Shown here one piece after another: positions 61,301-64,000 of a stretch of 64,000 nt of DNA. The stretch spans positions 5,821,806 through 5,885,805 of the forward strand of contig NW_003526943.1 of assembly GCF_000181795.1 (NCBI RefSeq), written 5' to 3'. Below the pieces are notes generated by a model, which worked only from the letters and a program-made list of their open reading frames with translations, was not told the DNA's origin and did no database searches. This DNA comes from Trichinella spiralis. Its lineage: Eukaryota. The position numbers and the translations under genes were made by a program. Position 1 is the stretch's first letter; each line of letters opens with the position of its first letter.

Positions 61301-64000
61301 TTGGCGATACAGGGTAAGTGATTTTTTGTTGTTTATTTTTTTTTGAGCATTTTTATAATTGTGTGTATGTGTGGATAATAAAATTTCAGTTGCGCCAAAA
61401 CAACTCTGTGCCAAATGTTTGCAAAAGCGAACAGCCGTTCCATGAATACGATAAATTGTCACATGTCAACCGAAGCAGCTGATTTTGTTGGAAGATTGGT
61501 TCCTGCGCCTCTTGAATGTCAGGAGGTAAAAATTGAACTCGATTTGTTTCCTTACCTTGTTGTCATTTATATTTTTCATTCATTTAATTTAACAGATAGA
61601 TTTGAAATTTGCCAGCCGTAATTTCGTGAATATGATAAGTGGTTTTTTATCTTTAGCGTATGAGTATGTTTTTTTATTGGTTGGATGGTCCGTTGGTGAA
61701 ATCGATGAAAAAAGGAGAATATTTTTTGATTGATGAAATTTCACTTGCCGAAGATGCGGTAATTGAACGTTTGAACAGCGTGCTCGAGCCGGAACGTACG
61801 TTGACCGTGTACGAGCGTATCGGCTGTGCACAGCCGAGGACGGTCCGCTCTGCTCCGGGCTTCAACGTCTTGGCGACGATGAATCCGGGCGGTGATTATG
61901 GCAAACGCGAGGTATGGCTTCATCTGGGCTGAATTCGCCCTTCCCCCCCCCCCCCCCACTTCCCTCCCCCTTTCATTGTTTAAATGGAAATTTTGAATTT
62001 TGTTCCAGTTGTCGCGAGCGTTGCGTAATCGCTTCACCGAAATTTGGTGCAAAACTACATCACTCCATGCTTGTGAAGAGCAAGAGGATATGGTTGAATT
62101 GTTGTCTCAGAATTTGCCAGTAGAAGATGACTTGCTCAGAAACGCACTGGCCAAATGTATGCTTGATTTCTTGCGGCAAATCGACTCTCGCATGCCAAAA
62201 GAGTTCAGTGAAACATATTGGAATTATATATATATATTTTTTTTTCTTTTTCTATGTGTTAATTTTGTAGATTTTCAATGCGGGATGTTATTGCCTGGTT
62301 GCAGTTCATCAAGGCGAATGTCGGAATGCTCGACGTGGCGTTGAGCATCGTTCACGGCGCTATAGCGACTGTAATTGATAGTTTTGGTAAATATTTGGGT
62401 TCTTATTTGAAATTAAAAAAAAGAACAGAAAAAAATTTCGAATAATATTCAACAAATACAACTTCAAGGTGCTAAAGGAGCTGCTGTTTCGGTTGAGGAG
62501 AGGAAAAAATTTGGCGATGACGTTTTCGAGCATTTGTTGAAATCTTTGGAATCACAGCTGGGTCGTGTAAATCGTAGCAAGCTATTAAACGCCCATATAA
62601 CGAATCACGAAGACCACTTGCAAATTGGATGCTTCACAGTAGCAAAAGGTGTGTTGAATTGTTTCTACTTTGTATGTGTGTGTGTTTGTTGAATTGTTGT
62701 CAATTTTTAAGGTAGTAAGCAGTGCTCAACTGAAACTACTGTCATTGATGCTTTTGGGATGCGTAGTTATGATTTTTTTCGACTTGCCCGAGCGCTCAGT
62801 GTTCAACGGCCAATTTTGATTCAGGGAAGTCCTGGTGTTGGTAAAAGTACGCTGGTGATGGAATTCGCAGCTTTGACTGGACACCGAATAATTCGTATCA
62901 ATTTATCCGAGCAAACGGTCAGTGAAAATTTTGTGCAAAATTCCATAAAACAAAATTTATTGTTGTTTGTTTGATTTCGATTATTTTACAGGATCTTTGC
63001 GATCTTTTCGGATCCGAATTTCCAATAATGAATGATAAAAGTAGGCAAATGTTTACTTGGTTGGACGGTCCGCTACTGGCTGCGGTGAAGAAGGGTCATT
63101 GGGTATTGTTGGACGAAGTGAGTAATTGATTAAATTTTTTCAATTACCACTTTAAAATGATGATGTTGTTGTGTAAAATGTGTGATTTTTATTTTTTTTC
63201 TTCAGATGAATCTCGCAAGCCAAACTGTTCTGGAAGGCTTGAACGCTTGTTTCGATCATCGCGGTGAGATCACTATCCCTGAATTGGGTAAAACGTTCTC
63301 GGTTGGTAGAACAGCTACCAGATTTTTCGCATGCCAAAATCCGTACAATCAAGGCGGAAATCGAAAAGCCTTGCCTAGATCGTTTGTTAGCCGTTTCACT
63401 CTCGTGAGCATTCATTATTTTAAATTTTACCCTTTGCCACTTGGTTTTTTATTTTGTTCTTTTGTTTTTTCATTTTTTTAACAGATCCATTTGAACAATT
63501 TGACCGAAACCGATCAGCTGGAGATTATGCGGCATAAATTCACCAATATTGAAGGACGTGTGTTGAAAAATATGGTCACTTTCAATAGCAAGGTTTGCCA
63601 TGATATTTGCTTGTTGTATTTTTTATAGTTGGTTTTCGTTTATTGTTCAACTTTTGTGTTTTGCAGTTGAATGTGATGGTACGACAGCAGGGTTTTGAAA
63701 GCTTTGCCAGTGGCAACGCGGAATTCAATTTGCGTGACTTGATCCGCTGGGGAAAACTGATTGTAAATATCAGTAATCAATTTTTTATCAGATTATTAAA
63801 ACGGAAAAATGATATTTTTCAGTCAATTACCGGCTTACCGTATGATAAACTTTTTTACACAGTATATGCTGTACGTATGCGGGATTATGAAGAACGTTCG
63901 AAGGTATAATGCAGCAGTGTTGAAAAACGAGCACATTTATTATTTATTTATTGTTGGCTTATTTTCAACTTTGAATTGAAATAACATAAAAGCAAGATGA
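55347..64000 (+). CDS. MDN1: Midasin/Rea1 AAA ATPase, 5' part, continues off the right edge
   Basis: Tandem AAA modules: GPGGCGKS/LLEDVD, GETGCGKT/IDEIN, GETSVGKT/LDELN, GDTGCAKT/IDEIS and GSPGVGKS/LDEMN. Also MNPATDVGKREL, QNPPGLYGGRK, MNPGGDYGKRE and EFNLRDLIRW. Start codon tentative. Confidence 0.95.

Noticed and set aside
61598..61619. 22-nt micro-exon candidate in midasin
   Set aside because: The flanking exons already join in frame, inclusion would shift the frame, and there is no independent support.

Overview
AT-rich eukaryotic genomic DNA with short GT-AG introns. Gene content and transposon types suggest a nematode, probably Trichinella-like (inference). Spliced gene models were built by hand. 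In order: a partial unknown gene, a single-TM orphan, a small heat-shock-like gene, intronless TMEM104, two identical tRNA-Gln(TTG) genes, a four-TM membrane protein gene, an 87-aa single-TM gene, pasha/DGCR8, a ZMYND11-like gene, PAM16, MED15, a divergent RPT5-like proteasome ATPase, a ~7.5-kb transposon graveyard (MULE, piggyBac and hAT remnants, a ~685-bp inverted duplication, an N gap), BAG1, NOC3, a claudin-like gene and the 5' part of midasin (MDN1). The main finding is in the four-TM gene (10298-16700). It has three tandem paralogous exons (2a, 2b, 2c), all phase 0 to phase 1 and 3n+1 long, which would swap the first loop of the protein. The coding 5' end of exon 2a is complementary to two intronic segments, one before exon 2b (~38 bp duplex) and one before exon 2c (19 bp perfect + 6 bp). 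This looks like a Dscam-type docking/selector switch for mutually exclusive splicing, with the docking site inside a coding exon. All pairings and gene models were read by eye and not computed or searched.
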